Below, piece after piece: positions 26,946-41,345 of a stretch of 64,000 nt of DNA. The stretch spans positions 2,976,001 through 3,040,000 of the forward strand of contig OX597826.1 of assembly GCA_951406725.2 (NCBI GenBank), given 5' to 3'. Made by a program: the position numbers and the translations under genes. This DNA is from Octopus vulgaris. Lineage: Eukaryota. The notes under the pieces are model-generated. The model saw nothing but the letters and a program-made list of their open reading frames with translations, was not told the origin of the DNA and made no database searches. Position 1 is the first letter of the stretch, and every line of letters starts with the position of its first letter.

Positions 26946-28542
26946 GCCCATATTAAGATAAATGTATTTGAAATGTTAAGGTGTTTCCATTATTTTGTCC
27001 AACCCCATCACCGTCATCATTATCATCATCATCATTGTCAACGTCATTCGCATTGTATCGCAGCCGATGTTTCGATTGAAAAAAAAACTACTTCCATTCC
27101 TGTTTCAATTGCTAAATTCTGCTATCATATCCAAAAATGCTCCCTTCTTGCTCAGTAAATGACAAGAGCACTTAAATATTTCTTTGTCTAGAAGAGCGAT
27201 ATTTTGTATAATATCAGTATGCCTATTACCAAATACATTTTTGAGGCAAAACACAACTGACGACAACTAATAACACTGCGATACATAGTATGTATCATTA
27301 CTCGTGATACTTGTTATACGTTACATATAAAACCAGTAAAATCTTTGTGATTTCTGTCATGGACAGAACACCACGCATTTCCTTCGAGAAAAGAGACGAT
27401 CAACAGAACTTCGGTTTAATTTGTACTTCATTATTGTAGGCTCTCGAATGATGAATCGAAAAAGCTTGATAATAACAATCATTTTAAACATTTTCAGAGG
27501 GTTGCTGGTTTAGCGGTCGGCGATTTCAGCTTTTAAATATTTTTCAAGATTTTACACGTAGCTGTATTATACATGGCAATGAAGAGAAGCTAATACGTCT
27601 TCAGTGTTGTTTAAGCGCAGAGTTAAGACTGTTGCGAATAAATACAATTAAATCATTTGATTCATACATTCTTATCACGATTACCCTATGACATGGAGTA
27701 CTTACATTAAGACCGAACAGTATATTTTAGGTGATAGAAACTATAGAATTTTGTCCTTAACACACAGTATGGCTGGTGTTTATTTCCGCGACTAAAAGCT
27801 TTCAAGACGGTGCTCGAGCATGGCCGAAATCAAATGACTGAATCAAGTAAAATATAATATATAAAAGATAATCTTTACTTTCTGAGGAAAAGAAAAAAAA
27901 TCATTAGTGGTTACACTTTCCAGATCCCAGAAACTTGTGGGAACTGTTTATCATTCGATCGCATTACAAGCACCCAATACGCACACGACAATATTAAACT
28001 GGGCGATGGACTAGCTCTAGAACACAGCTTGATATTTATATACATCCATATATCTTTAATCGAATCCAAAATGATGAAATGTAAAGCAATCCACGTCCAA
28101 CTGCGTACTGGATTCAATTTTCAAGCATCCTATCAATTTTGCCATCCAAGAACAAATTCATAATTATCAATATTTAAAACTAACAGCTGTAACTGAACGT
28201 TCTTGGACATATTCATACCTAAAATGAAGATAATCATAGGACTTCACTATATTTTAACAGGTTCATTTAAAAAGATAATAACTGTGTTAAGTTAGTCTGA
28301 GATTGAAGGCTTTCTCGGAATTCTTATAGCCTGACCCTCTAAAGGGTCTAAATAAAGATATAAGACTTTTCTGTTTCGATCTAAAAGTAACAAGTGTGAC
28401 CAAACGCCACCACATTGTGCTCTTTTCTTTGAAAGTCGCACGCCTTTGTAAAAGTTCAGCTACGCTGGTGCAAAACAACAGCGCACAATTCCGAAGGAAG
28501 TTATATGCTTTCATTATACGCTTTTATTAATCAAGATAATTA

Positions 28543-28665
28543 TTGGTTTCAAATTTTGACACAAATTCCGCACTTTCGGTGGCTAATCAATTACATCGAT
28601 CCTAATGTTTGACTGGTATTTATTTTATCGACCCGAAAGGATTGAAAGCAATGTCGACCTCGGTA
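28543..28665 (-). mobile_element. SINE family A 3' fragment
   Basis: ttggtttcaaattttgacacaa...ctggtatttattttatcgacccgaaaggat...gtcgacctcgg. Confidence 0.75.
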
Positions 28666-30091
28666 GTATTAAGATTATCATTGAAAATATATAAAGTATA
28701 CGAGCATTATAACAGAACAAGCACATATCTATAGGTAAGGGGTTAACGCACTGGAAGCCATCTTCTGGGCAATCTTTTTTGTTTTCATTCATTTATCCTT
28801 CTTGAAGATGGAATTCTCTTGAAGTGATGTGAATTCATTGCCAAAGTGAACATAAACAAATACTACAGAAATATTTGATTTGTATATAAATACTGGAAAA
28901 GTATTCAGTTGCATTCTCTTGTGTTCTTGGCTTTCTTAAATACTCAGAAAGTTCTTTGTTTATACAATGCAAATGTCAATAATATTTTTGTGATTTTCTC
29001 ATGGAAAAGTTCTGGTGAAATTGAAAAATCATATTATCATTACCAATAACTTGTTTCCCTTTTCATGTTTCTGGAAAGAAGAAACGAGAACAGTTGATCC
29101 CATTATAAATTATAGATTATAGAAAAACTACCGTATGACTAGTATGAAATGGAAAGGAAATATCTAAACTCCGAATTGAAACTGTGTTTGAAAATCAGCT
29201 TATTGGGAGCCTAGAGTCATTTAACGACATTAGCGTCTTGCTGAGAATACATATGTGTAAATATAAACCACGCTTCGCATTTGTATTATCCATTGTTGTA
29301 TTGTAGATAGGGCTGGGTTTCTGCATTAGAATTTCAATCAGCCCTTCATTAAAGTGTATTGATTTATTGAGACTTGAACATAATGATATTGCGAATTAGT
29401 AAAAGTAAGAGCGGAGTTTTCGTACAGTAGTTCCTATCTGCGAACTACTCATGTCAAACCAAGACATCGCCTAGAACATCGTATCGACTTTTGATTCAGA
29501 TCACTGTCGATAAAGAACTTTGTAAGAGTGATTGCATGACGAGAATACTAAATACAGGCTTCTTAGAAGTCCGGCAAAAACTAATCGATATTTTTGCTTT
29601 TCCCTCCTTACATATGTGTTCTCAATACAAACAAGCGTCAATTGAAAAGAACGTAAGATAACCGGATGTCACGATAAGCTAAAAGACCGTCAGTAAACGA
29701 AGCTTAGAAAATCTAATATTATAAGACTTTCAATAATATTTTTCGAATTAACATCACCATTTCTATTAGGCTTCACAGATATATTTAAACACACATGCCA
29801 TCTGGCGTGTATGGTTTTCTCATATGGTGAGGTTGCATAATAATTAAATAGAGGAGGGTATGGGATAATCAGTGGAACAACAGAGAATCGAAAGAGAATC
29901 AGAGCGAGAGAGAACGAAGAATATAGAGATTAGGTTACAGGAATATAGGACTTGTATTATATATTTTCACACTTCTTTAGTTTCAGTTCTAATCATGCAC
30001 ACATATATATGCCTGTGTGTGTGTGTATGGTGTATGTGAGGATATATGCATATATGAATACACTCACACACACACATGCATACATATATAA

Positions 30092-30138
<47 letters not shown>

Positions 30139-30981
30139 CACATGTACATACATCTACATATACACAAATACATATTCTTTCGAATGACGTAGAGTGATTC
30201 ACTGCTGCCAAAGACCGTCAGAGAAGATATCTCATGCTATGGAGTTCAGAAGCACCGTTGGACGAATATCCATACACGCACATTCACAGACCGATGCACA
30301 CACATACACAAACGCAGGCACTACCACGCACATACACACATACAGAGACAGAAATACATACACACATGCGTACATACGCACATAAATATATGTGTGTGAA
30401 TATACATAGGCAATTGCATATCATCGTCAGTACTTCGTTGTTACAAAAGAGTAATGGAATCTAGGGATACTGTTACAGCTCCTATATAGAGGTTAACAGA
30501 GCTATGCGGATGTGGCATTACAGTAGACTCGCTGTCAATAACCAAACGCTAGGACGTCTTATATTATCAACAACGCATTGTTTTCTTATTATGTGTCAAC
30601 TTGAAAATGTTTCGTTATGCATAGCGTTTTCATTACGTATGTCCCATAATGTATAAGAAACGGAGTTTAATATCTAAACTAAATGTTATTTTCACATGTT
30701 TTTGCCACTATATTGTGAAATCATGCAAATGTATTACTTACCGCAATTTCCATACATTTTTATAGGGCGAGAGTTTGTAATTTGTGTCACCACCATAACG
30801 TTATGTCTCTTTAATTTAATGTCCACGTTTTTGCTTCGCTCTGCAGTATATCTAATATTAATAATGCAGTTTGGTCTGATATTTCTGTTAGATTATATGT
30901 TCCGTCAACAGTATCCATCAGCTTTTGTTTGTGATTCTTGAACGAAAGAAAATCGTAATGCAGCAAATATTACAAACAAAG

Positions 30982-32175
30982 GATGGGAACCAACTGCGCT
31001 ACAGAAGTTAGAGACCTCGGGGTTACATCGTATACTCAGAATAATAAGTTTATAGGATCTAATTCTGAACACTGAAGAGTGTTGAATCCTTAAACGAAAG
31101 ACTTAATTATGCGCATTTATTACTCAACTGGCATGAGTACCATTTCAAAAGAGTTATAAGTTTCTATCCCCCAATGTCAAAATCCGGATGTTCCGATAAA
31201 ACAAGCGTACCGGGAGGCTGCCGTTCTCAAGTAGTTATCACCTGGTATCATTTACCATGATTATAGTTAGCAAGGTTAGACAAAAGAATGCCAAGCACCG
31301 AATAAATCCAATAAGATCGAAAACAGGTGATCTAGAGGTCCGAGAGCTAGCTTGGCAGGTGTTCCCTCCCGCTTGCAATAAATAACCAACTGGGGGAGAC
31401 GTCTTTCTGGGGTCGAAACAGCAGAATCGTCACATCTTAGAGAACATCCACGTTTAAGTGGCGATAAACAGTACCTCTTGTTTAGTTCGTACACTGCTTC
31501 TATCTCGAAAAGATGTTTTCTAACGGACTAGATTCTGATAGAGTCGGGTAATGTCTGTGGTTCTGGCTTATGGTTGGTGAGAGTCGAAATATCAGATAGG
31601 ATATTTCGATTCTGTACATAAAGAAAACCAACCCAATGAGTATTTAACGCGTAAGCGACGCGTCCAAACTACCAAATTACGCGTATCTTGAGTAGTACGT
31701 TGCTGGTATACTCTAGGTTGTCAGACAAGTCGTAAATCTCTGGGGTATTGTAATCAAATAAATAATAACATACGACAGATAATCGTCAGCTCATCATAGC
31801 TATTTCTTCCGTCAGTTTTTAATACCAGAATGAGAACATAATATCATTATTTAAAAAAAAACAAAAACTAATTAATAGATTTTTGATGTACACAGATAGA
31901 AATGCGTTTCACAATGGAGTAAAGAGTGAAGAGTATGTTTTAGATAGTCGACTTGTTTTATCGGAACATCCGGATTTTGACATTGGGGGATAGAAACTTA
32001 TAACTCTTTTGAAATGGTACTCATGCCAGTTGAGTAATAAATGCACATAATTAAGTCTTTCGTTTAAGGATTCAACACACTTCAGTGTTCAGAATTAGAT
32101 CCTATAAACTTATTATTCTGAGTATACGATGTAACCCCGAGGTCTCTAACTTCTGTAGCGCAGTTGGTTCCCATC
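30982..32175. repeat. 224-bp inverted duplication (30982-31205 vs 31952-32175)
   Basis: The arms are reverse complements with two mismatches found by eye; spacer ~746 bp. Confidence 0.93.
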
Positions 32176-32413
32176 TGATGAGAAATAATTTTACAAAAAT
32201 AGGAATATATCCAGGAATGCAACCTCGACAGATTTATCCCTGCTCTGTGATTGGATATCATTGTAGTTTGTAAATCCACATCTGATGACTAGCGTCTTTT
32301 ATGACGATGTAATGTTCTCATTATTCAATTAAAAATTACGTAAGGAATAGTTCTAATGAGCTGAGCTGACAATTATCCACCGTATGTTATTATTCATTTG
32401 ATATATATATATA

Positions 32414-32656
32414 CAGAGAGGGTAGCCCAATCTTAAGCTTACAGTTATCACGCAGGCACCTTAAAAATTTTTTTAACATTTTGTTATATTTAAATTTCTA
32501 TCTTACACACTGAAAAGGGATGTTCACAAAATGAAGTAAATTAGCCTGGAATAATGGTTTTCCAATTTTTTTTTTTATACTTAAGATTTAAACCGTTAAT
32601 ATATGAATGCGAGAAAGAGATAGATGAATATCGGTAAACTTACTTTTGTACCACCC

Positions 32657-32658
<2 letters not shown>
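32414..32658. mobile_element. Tc1/mariner-type MITE in (TA)n
   Basis: Degenerate TIRs cag(aga)gggtagcccaatcttaagcttacag ... cggtaaacttacttttgtaccaccctg. Confidence 0.6.
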
Positions 32659-32754
<96 letters not shown>

Positions 32755-34187
32755 AAGATTGTTCTGCGTACAGATGACCTGTTAAAATAATTGGTTTATG
32801 CAGCGAAAAAGTATCAGTAAATATGAGCCTGCTTGAAAACATTCCACTAATAACCATAAATACCGAAAGAAGTTTGAATAAGAATACTCATACAGTAAGT
32901 TACTGTTGCCAAACTAGCATATATAAAAAAAATCATGAGCCAGTTCTATCAGATAAGCTAAGCATTATATGCAAGATTTGCAACGCATTCTCACACAAAC
33001 AGGCATGCAACGCTCAAATGGTTGTAGTTGGAAGAAATAGCACATTTACCGTTCTTGTTTCTGTTAAAGCTTCGTTCATTGTAGTGTTTGACCAGGTTGT
33101 ACCCCTTTCGGCTTTATAAAGTACCAACCACTGATAATGTTTTAGTGACAGTCGAGAACATCATAGTCAAATAGAACTCTGATCTTCTGATATTCTTGTG
33201 CCTCATCCTCATTCTCCGGGTATATTATATTTTTGTGGCCTAACATTTTTAACTTACCATGTTTATAATTTTAAAAAAGAATGAAGTTAGAAAACAATAG
33301 AACCTAACCTAGCTTGGACATATAGAAAATGTTTTATAAGATAGGCTGATATTAATATTTTAAAGAATAAAAATTATTACATGCAATACTGAATATTTCG
33401 TTCGTTTAATTAATAAATTTTTGCTACACAGAGATAGAAATGCGTTTCACAATGGAGTAAAGAGTGAAGAGTATGTTTAGATAGTCGACTTGAGAGTATA
33501 AACCTGAATAGCTATATTTTGTCACAAAAGAAACAATTTAATTCTGGAATATCAAATACTACTTTTGTTTATTTTTTGCCGCAAAAAATCTCTGCATTAA
33601 TGAATGAGAAAATTATCTCTCATCTGTTTAACGAACGAATATGTGGAGTTAAGTGCCGGTCCTTTGACCGGGATATGGTTAAAGGTTTAAATTAACTAAC
33701 TGATGAGGTTAACTCAGACATTGAACTAATTATATAAACAGTAAATGAATTTCACTAAATTATAAAGTCAAAAAAGTTACATTAGATTTTATTTAATTAG
33801 CTGAACACTCACTTTGAGATAATGTATTTAGAGTAATTTGCACCTCACGTATAATTCAATTAATCTAAAATGGGCATACACAAGCGTATTAGGCTAATTA
33901 ATACATGCGATAGCGTTAGTATTGTTATCATTGCTGTTAGTGCTGTTGCATTGTATGCGTTCTAGAATGAGATTGAAGACCATATGTTCAATCCAATCTG
34001 ATTTTATTACATGAACGGCAAAAAAATATTAAACTTCGGTTCCACGAAACAATTTTTAGTTGAGAGATATGTGTATTAACGATAGCTTTTTTGTGAACTG
34101 CATGAACTTAGGTGATACAGAAGAACCGTATATACCGGTTTCGATATAGAATAATTCTCTACGCTAAAGCTAATATACGCTGAAGCT

Positions 34188-34601
34188 GGCGGCGAGTTGG
34201 CAGACATGTTAGCGCGCCGGGCGAAATGCTTAGCGGTACTTCGTCTGCCGTTACGTTCTGTGTTCAACTTCCGCCGAGGTCGACTTTGCCTTTCATTCTT
34301 TCGGGGTCGATTAAATAAGTACCAGTTACTCACTGTGGTCTATATAATCGACTTAATCCGTTTGTCTGTCCTTGTTTGTCCTCTCTGTGTTTAGCCCCTT
34401 GTGGGTAGTAAAGAAATAGGTACTTCGTCTGTCGCTACGTTCTGAGTTCAAATTCCGCCGAGGTCGACTTTGCCTTTCATCCTTTTGGGGTCGATAAATA
34501 AAGTACCAGTTACGCACTGGGGTCGATGTAATCGACTTAATCCGTTTGTCTGTCCTTGTTTGTCCCCTCTATGTTTAGCCCCTTGAGGGCAATAAAGAAA
34601 T
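34188..34601 (+). mobile_element. Dimeric SINE family A with 13-bp TSD
   Basis: Head plus two tandem body units; TSD atatacgctgaag at 34173-34185 and 34602-34614. Confidence 0.92.
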
Positions 34602-35122
34602 ATATACGCTGAAGTTGATGCTTCCATTACAATATGTGGGTGATATCAATATTCAATGAAATACTATTCCTACCATTTCTGCCACCTATCTGAAACAAAG
34701 TATTTATATGTAAGTTCTATTTTTCTCTGAAAGATGAAAGAGTTTCATATATTGAATTATAATTTTCTTACGTTCCATTTTCTAAGTGGAATCCTCTCCT
34801 GGAATGTGTAACAAGAACACACGCTACGTAACCCTCTCTAAAAACTATACAGATATATTCTTTTTCGGGTTGTTACGTGTTAGTCTACTACTGGATGTTG
34901 ACCTTTAAACATGGATACAATGTAATACCGCTCACAGGGTAAAAACCTTTGACCTTTTATACAGAAATATGTTACTCACCGAATCCATGACCAGCGATAT
35001 TCTTTGTAAACAGAAATTCTTCGTAAGAAAAAAAAAGAAACATAGTATTCAATATAATCACGCTGAAGTAAACCGAAACTGCATGTGGTTTTCATGAACA
35101 AATACCTCTGAGCGTAGTTACA

Positions 35123-35178
<56 letters not shown>

Positions 35179-36327
35179 CTATATATATATATATATATAT
35201 ACACATATATATATATAGCTATATTCGTAGAGGTTGAATTTAATCACATCTTGTACATATTCATGGAGGATAGACTAGAATATAAATATTTTAAATGAAA
35301 TAGAAAACGTTTTGCAAGTAGTTGGCTAAGGATATATATTAAATGCAATTAATTTGCTCCCAGGAAAAATAAGCGGAATTGTTTAATTTCTTACGAGCAC
35401 AGATATCTATTTCTACATTATTGTCTGTATTGACTTACAGTTCATCTAGTCTAACACAAATTTCATTTCAGTCACACCAATGGAAGGAAATGTTATCAGT
35501 AACACGTGTTCATGGAATCCTGTTCAAATTTACAGTTCCGTTGCAAAACGGTAGATATTATGGCGCTATGATATCGACGGAGACTAGATTTGTACAGCAA
35601 TTAGACATCTTATATTTCAACACAGCGCAGCACCAGCGATTATATACGAACACGTAGCTCCCCAGTTGATTCTCTAATAAACAATTAAATACCGAAATTC
35701 TTTAAATGAACTACATATTTAATTTATTCGTGTATTTTGACTTTTGTTTCTCATACACACATATTTACTATATACAAGTATCCCTTTCAGAATTAATTTA
35801 ATGACAAATCCACTATTCTTTTAACTTAAACATTAAAAAAAAACGATGAATCGGACAGTATAGTTGGAGCAATAATTTAAATTACAGTAGACGCACTCAG
35901 GTGCGTTCGTATAACAAAAGAAGTTCAGTGTAAAATGAAAAAAAGTCGACATTAAAATTCAATGACCTCAAATACGAAGAGCTTGAAATAAATCCATTTT
36001 CTTGAGGTGTTAAAAGATCACATTTGCTGCCAAAATATTGACAGATACTGATCTGTCAATTGTGAATTTCTTTGAATGTTTCGTTTGTGCATGCATCTCG
36101 ACATCAGCTTCACTGCTGTGAGCATTTAGAATTAAAGACTATACCATCAGGTATTTATTCTGCATCATATATACCCGAAAAAAAAGGTACCTGTGCAATG
36201 GAGCGGACGTATGTTAAAGTATGTAAATATTTTCTTGAGTATATATTATACACCATGCAATATGAAGCACCTATTACAATCAACAATCTGATCAAGATCC
36301 CTTGCTATAATTTGAGTTTTATATATA

Positions 36328-36531
36328 CAGGGTGTCCCTGCAGTCGCGCACCATTCTGCTTTTCATTAAAAATTATTAAAGCAATTTATTTTATTATATT
36401 TTTTCGGCATGTTTTATTGTTAGGGTGCTCAATTTGAGCATTTGTTATGATCAATTTGAAACAACGTGTTTATGAATTCAGTAAGGGTGTATTCTTTTAA
36501 TAAACCAGGGTGGTGCCCGAATTCTGGGACC

Positions 36532-36536
<5 letters not shown>
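36328..36536. mobile_element. Tc1/mariner-type MITE
   Basis: TA-cagggtgtccctgcagtcgcgcacca ... tggtgcccgaattctgggacccccta-TA inverted termini. Confidence 0.7.
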
Positions 36537-36585
<49 letters not shown>

Positions 36586-36699
36586 TAAAACGAGGGTGAG
36601 AAATTTGATATTAATTTAATTAATATCAATTTCACAGCAGTGGTCTAACATATAAAAAAACTGAAGGTTCAGTAAAATTGTATTATACATACATACATT

Positions 36700-36858
36700 T
36701 ATACGACGGGTTTCTATCAGTTTCTGCCTACTAAATTCACTCACAAAACTTTGGTCACCCCGTGGCTATAGTAGAAGACACTTGCCCAAGGTGCCACGCA
36801 GTGGGACTGAACCCAGAATCAAGTGGTTCGTATGCAAGCTAATTACCACATAGCCACT
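36700..36858 (-). mobile_element. SINE family B, 5' half
   Basis: Reverse complement gives gtggctatgtggtaattagcttgc...ggttcagtcccactgcgtggcaccttgggcaagtgtcttctactatagcc. Confidence 0.85.
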
Positions 36859-37279
36859 ATATTTGTTTACAAATAATTTATCTCAATGAAGGGTTAATAT
36901 AGTAATTTGTTACAGTATAATTTTTAAAAAAAATTTACAAACGTATTTGAATACTAAAACACTTAATTAAAAATAACGAGCTTCCAGAATAGCTCCAGGA
37001 ATCAAATTGGAGAAACAAAGAAGTATTAAGTGAATTTCCATTTTCATTACAATTATATTCCTTTCCTAAATTGGCGAGCATGTATCTCAACGATATACTG
37101 TATTGCAATCAATGTAAACCAGACCAAAATTTGATCTTAACAACCAGGTGAATGCACAAGAAATAGCGCACCGAATAAAATAATCATGAAACATTTAGTG
37201 CAATTAACCTCACTGAACATGTAGTTCATCTGGTGATTATTCATCTTGGCTACTAGTATATCCTTAAAAAATATGTGTA

Positions 37280-37620
37280 GAATTTGAATGTCTTGCTTCT
37301 CTGGGCATGGACATATTAAAACTCCGACATCTGGCGACTGAATTGATGAACACCCACAAGGTTATCTATCATCTTTTCAACGAAAAGCTTGGACACATTT
37401 TTGAATTTCATATGTATATCAATCGTGATACAGGTTTACAAAATCAAAAAAGAAAAAAATACAGAACAGCGCCTATGACTTTCGGAAACCTTCTCTCACG
37501 CTCAGAATTGCCGAAGTCTCGAATAATCTCCCCGTAACAGTTGTTAGCTACCGAGACGCTACAATCTACAAAATTTCCATGCTCTTGAAATCCGTCAAAA
37601 GTACACCTGATGCCCCCTGT
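37280..37620 (+). mobile_element. 3' end of a CR1/L2-like LINE (degenerate)
   Basis: LKLRHLATELMNTHKVIYHL...IFEFH; shifted frames give HDFRK.F..LR.AE..NNLP, typical of CR1-group C-termini. Confidence 0.65.
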
Positions 37621-37697
37621 TTCTTCTTTAAATCTTTTGAGTTGTAGTGCAAATGAGAATTGTGTATATAGAGATCAGAATATATTATATTATATAT

Positions 37698-38086
37698 TAG
37701 TTTCAAATTTTGGGAAAAACCCAGCAGTGTCGTGGGGCCGAGTGAGTCAATTAGATCGTGCCTAGTGCTCAACCGGCGCTTATTTTATCTATCCAAAGTT
37801 GCCCTTAGCGAAATTTGTGCGGAGAGATGTGAACATGCAAGTCTCACCTCATACACACAAATGCACACACACTTACACAGACATAATACGCACATACACA
37901 CATATTTACATATTTGTTTCAAGATTTGACACAAGGCCAGCAATTTTGCGCGAGGAGTAATTCAATTGAATATATCCTAATGCTCATCATATACTTATTT
38001 TTTCGACTGAAGAGATGAATTGGAGGAATTTGAACATAAATCGTAAAGACGAACGAAATGATAACGATTCTGCCAGCTGGCCGTCT
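37698..38086 (-). mobile_element. Two old SINE family A copies
   Basis: tttcaaattttggg.../tttcaagatttgacacaaggccagcaattt tails and the aacgattctgccagctggccgtc head in reverse orientation. Confidence 0.7.
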
Positions 38087-38880
38087 TACGCACATTTAAA
38101 TATTAAACAAAATCAAGGTAACAGAAATAATTCTGGGCCAGCCACTGGAAAATGTGTGTTTACATAAGTGTACTTGCGCGCGCTTGTTAATCTTATGTAT
38201 ATATATATATATATGAAAGTGTATGTTGATAAACTCGTGTAAATATTTTGTCGTGAGTATATTTCATACAATTTAATGATGAAAACATTGCGAATTTTAT
38301 ATCATGGTATGTTTCTACGTGTTGTGTGTGTGTGTGTGTTTTCTTTTTTTCTTTGCAGATTTGGAATAACGTGTTATAATACTATATTAGTAGGAGCTCA
38401 ACTAAACATTATAACCTAAGGCAGCATGATGAAATATTTAGAGTTTGATAATGAAGGGAGGAGAAGAAACCAAATGTGAGACATTTAGAAAAATTACAAA
38501 TCAATAGAAAAAAAAGAAAGAAAAAAAAACTATTTTACATGAGAATAAAATGAGAGGAACAATTTAAAAAAATAACAATATGTACTAAACACATCAAAAT
38601 TCACAGAAAATTTCCTAAGAAAATATCCCGATAAAATAAATGGTGGTGGGATCTTAGATATTCTGTGGGAAGTTTTTAAACATGAAACAAAATAAAATAT
38701 TAATTTTTTTCGTCAAATTTTAGGTTTTTTTTATCATCCAGAAGATATGGAGGAAGACGGAATAAAAGCTTAACAATGTTGCGTTGTTGCATTCCTCAAG
38801 GTTATGGGATGTTTCTGCTGTTAGCATCATGTGTTTACACACATATGCACACACGCATACACACATTCACTAATACTCAG

Positions 38881-38912
<32 letters not shown>

Positions 38913-39179
38913 GTACATATACATACGCAGACATACACGTATGTATGTATTTTATACATACATATACGCGCGCGTGTGTGTGTGTGTATTTCTACTTTCT
39001 CTTTTGCTTTCTTAATTTAAATTTTCATTATTCAAAACAATCTTTACAATTTTATGTTTGCTTTATATTTTCATTTCAATTTTCATTCAATAGATTTATT
39101 TATATTAAGAACATCCCACTTTCTCCACGGAAAACGAAAAAGCAAGAGCACTGGGGGGATAAGAAGAGTGAGAGTAAAG

Positions 39180-39351
39180 AGCAGTAGTAGTAGTAGTAGT
39201 AGTAGTAGTTGTAGCAGTAGTAGTCGTAGAAGAAGAAGGAGAAGACGAAGAAGTAGTAGTGGTAGTAGTAGTAGTTGTTGTAGAAGAAGAAGAAGAAGAA
39301 GAAGAAGAAGAAGGAGAGGCGAAGAAGTAGTAGTAGTAGTAATAGTAGTAT

Positions 39352-39396
<45 letters not shown>

Positions 39397-39566
39397 AAGA
39401 AGAAGAAGGAAACGCACTACGATGACTTGAAGAAAAAGATGATGATGACGATGATGATGATGATGAAGATGCTGATGATGATGATGACAACGATGACGAT
39501 GATTATGATGATGCTGACGACAACGATGATGATAATGATGATAATGATGATAATGACGATGATGAC

Positions 39567-39600
<34 letters not shown>

Positions 39601-39775
39601 AAGCAAAAACGCAGAAGAACATTAAGGAGGAGAAGAAATACAAAAATACAACCCGGAGAAGAACAAGAATATGGGGAAGAATATGAGGAAGAAGAAGAAG
39701 AAGAAGAAGAAGAAGAAGAAGAAGAAGAAGAAGAAGAAGAAGAAGAAGAAGAAGAAGAAGAAGAAAAGAAGGAGA
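39180..39775. repeat. Compound trinucleotide array (GTA)n/(GAA)n/(GAT)n
   Basis: Directly visible; source of the homopolymeric ORFs. Confidence 0.95.
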
Positions 39776-40092
39776 AGGAAGATAAACTAAACGAAAAGCA
39801 ATAAAACATTATTTGTGTAATCTCATACGTTTTTGTGTCTTTTTTTTTGTCATTTTTCGAAATAGCTCAAGGAATTCATTTCATGGAAACATTGAAGACT
39901 CTGGCGTTTATCATTCTTTTTGTTCTCAATTTAACAACACATAGGATGACTCCATTTTCTGCGGGCAACAGCTTTTCAATTTCCACGCCTGTCTATCATT
40001 ACGAGCGATCATTCTATATGAATGCGATTATTCTTTTCCTATTTGGCTTCTCTAGCTCGCAGCAACAGTTTAGTTTATTCGTAGCAATTATC

Positions 40093-40226
<134 letters not shown>

Positions 40227-40517
40227 TGTATGTATATATACAATTTCTCTCGTATATTTACATTATAATTACACACAGTCGTTCTCAATCTGTGACATCC
40301 TACACTGCTCAAACGCTGTTCTCTCTGCCTATTCAATCTTTTTTTAATTATTCGGTTATTGAAAGATCACGTCTACACAAACAAATATATTTCTCATTAC
40401 CAACACATACATATTTATACATGCATACCTACATACATACATACATACATACATGTATGCACACATACATATACACATACATATATACATACATATATAT
40501 ACATACAAGCATGCATA

Positions 40518-40548
<31 letters not shown>

Positions 40549-40562
40549 AAACACACACACAC

Positions 40563-40643
<81 letters not shown>

Positions 40644-40644
40644 G

Positions 40645-41345
40645 TAATTACAGTTTGAATTCCAAAGGAATTTTTGACCATTCTTCAGCTAAAACAGTCT
40701 CCAATTCCTTTAGTGATGATGGTGGAGGATATCGACTCCTCACTTATCTGTGGTCGCCAGATAAGACGTTCAACTACACTAGAATGTTCCTCGTGCTATT
40801 CAATAACAACTTTAGCTATTTGGATTAAGGTAAATAGCTAACGTTTCCCTCCTGCAACAGTTCCACAAACATAGGATGAATTTGATCAGATAAAATGCTT
40901 AAAAAGTATTGACTATAAATTCTGAAGGGAAACCGTTAGGCCGGCGGATTTCCAAGATGTAGCACAGATCATCAGAGATCCACCTCAATGTTTAACAGTT
41001 GGAAGAACGCAGTCTGGGTTAAATGCTTCTTTTGACTGTCTCCACAAGTATCCTCGGCCGGTGGTCGGAAATAATTTAACTGATGACTCCTCCGACAAAA
41101 TAACATCGTTCCGCCGCTCTAGGGAGCAATTATGTAGGTTTTTACTCCACTCCCTACACTTTGCGACGTTTATTTTTGAAAGTAGTGGTTTTCTGATGGC
41201 AACTCTCCCGTGAAATGTGGGTTTGTGCAGCTCCCAGTAAACAGTTTTTTGTTGTAACTGGGTTCTTGAGGTGGTCATTAATCGCTGCGGCAATTTTGGG
41301 AGCTGTACTTTTGTGATGGATTCGTTATTCTTTTCTCTTTACTTT
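40645..41345 (-). mobile_element. Tc1-like transposase fragment
   Basis: KTVYWELHK..FHGRVAIRKPLLSK.NVAK.REW...VILSEES..LFPTTGR.YLWRQ.KEAFNPDC.LPTVKH then GGSLMI; truncated, no paired TIRs seen. Confidence 0.85.

Noticed and set aside
31068-31112. CTGAAGA...GAAA hammerhead-like string in the inverted-repeat arm
   Set aside because: No stem I pairing, poor stems II and III, and the second arm reads CTGAAGT
39054-39809. Poly-Met/Glu/Ser/His ORFs
   Set aside because: Trinucleotide arrays open in several frames on both strands, with no splice or domain support
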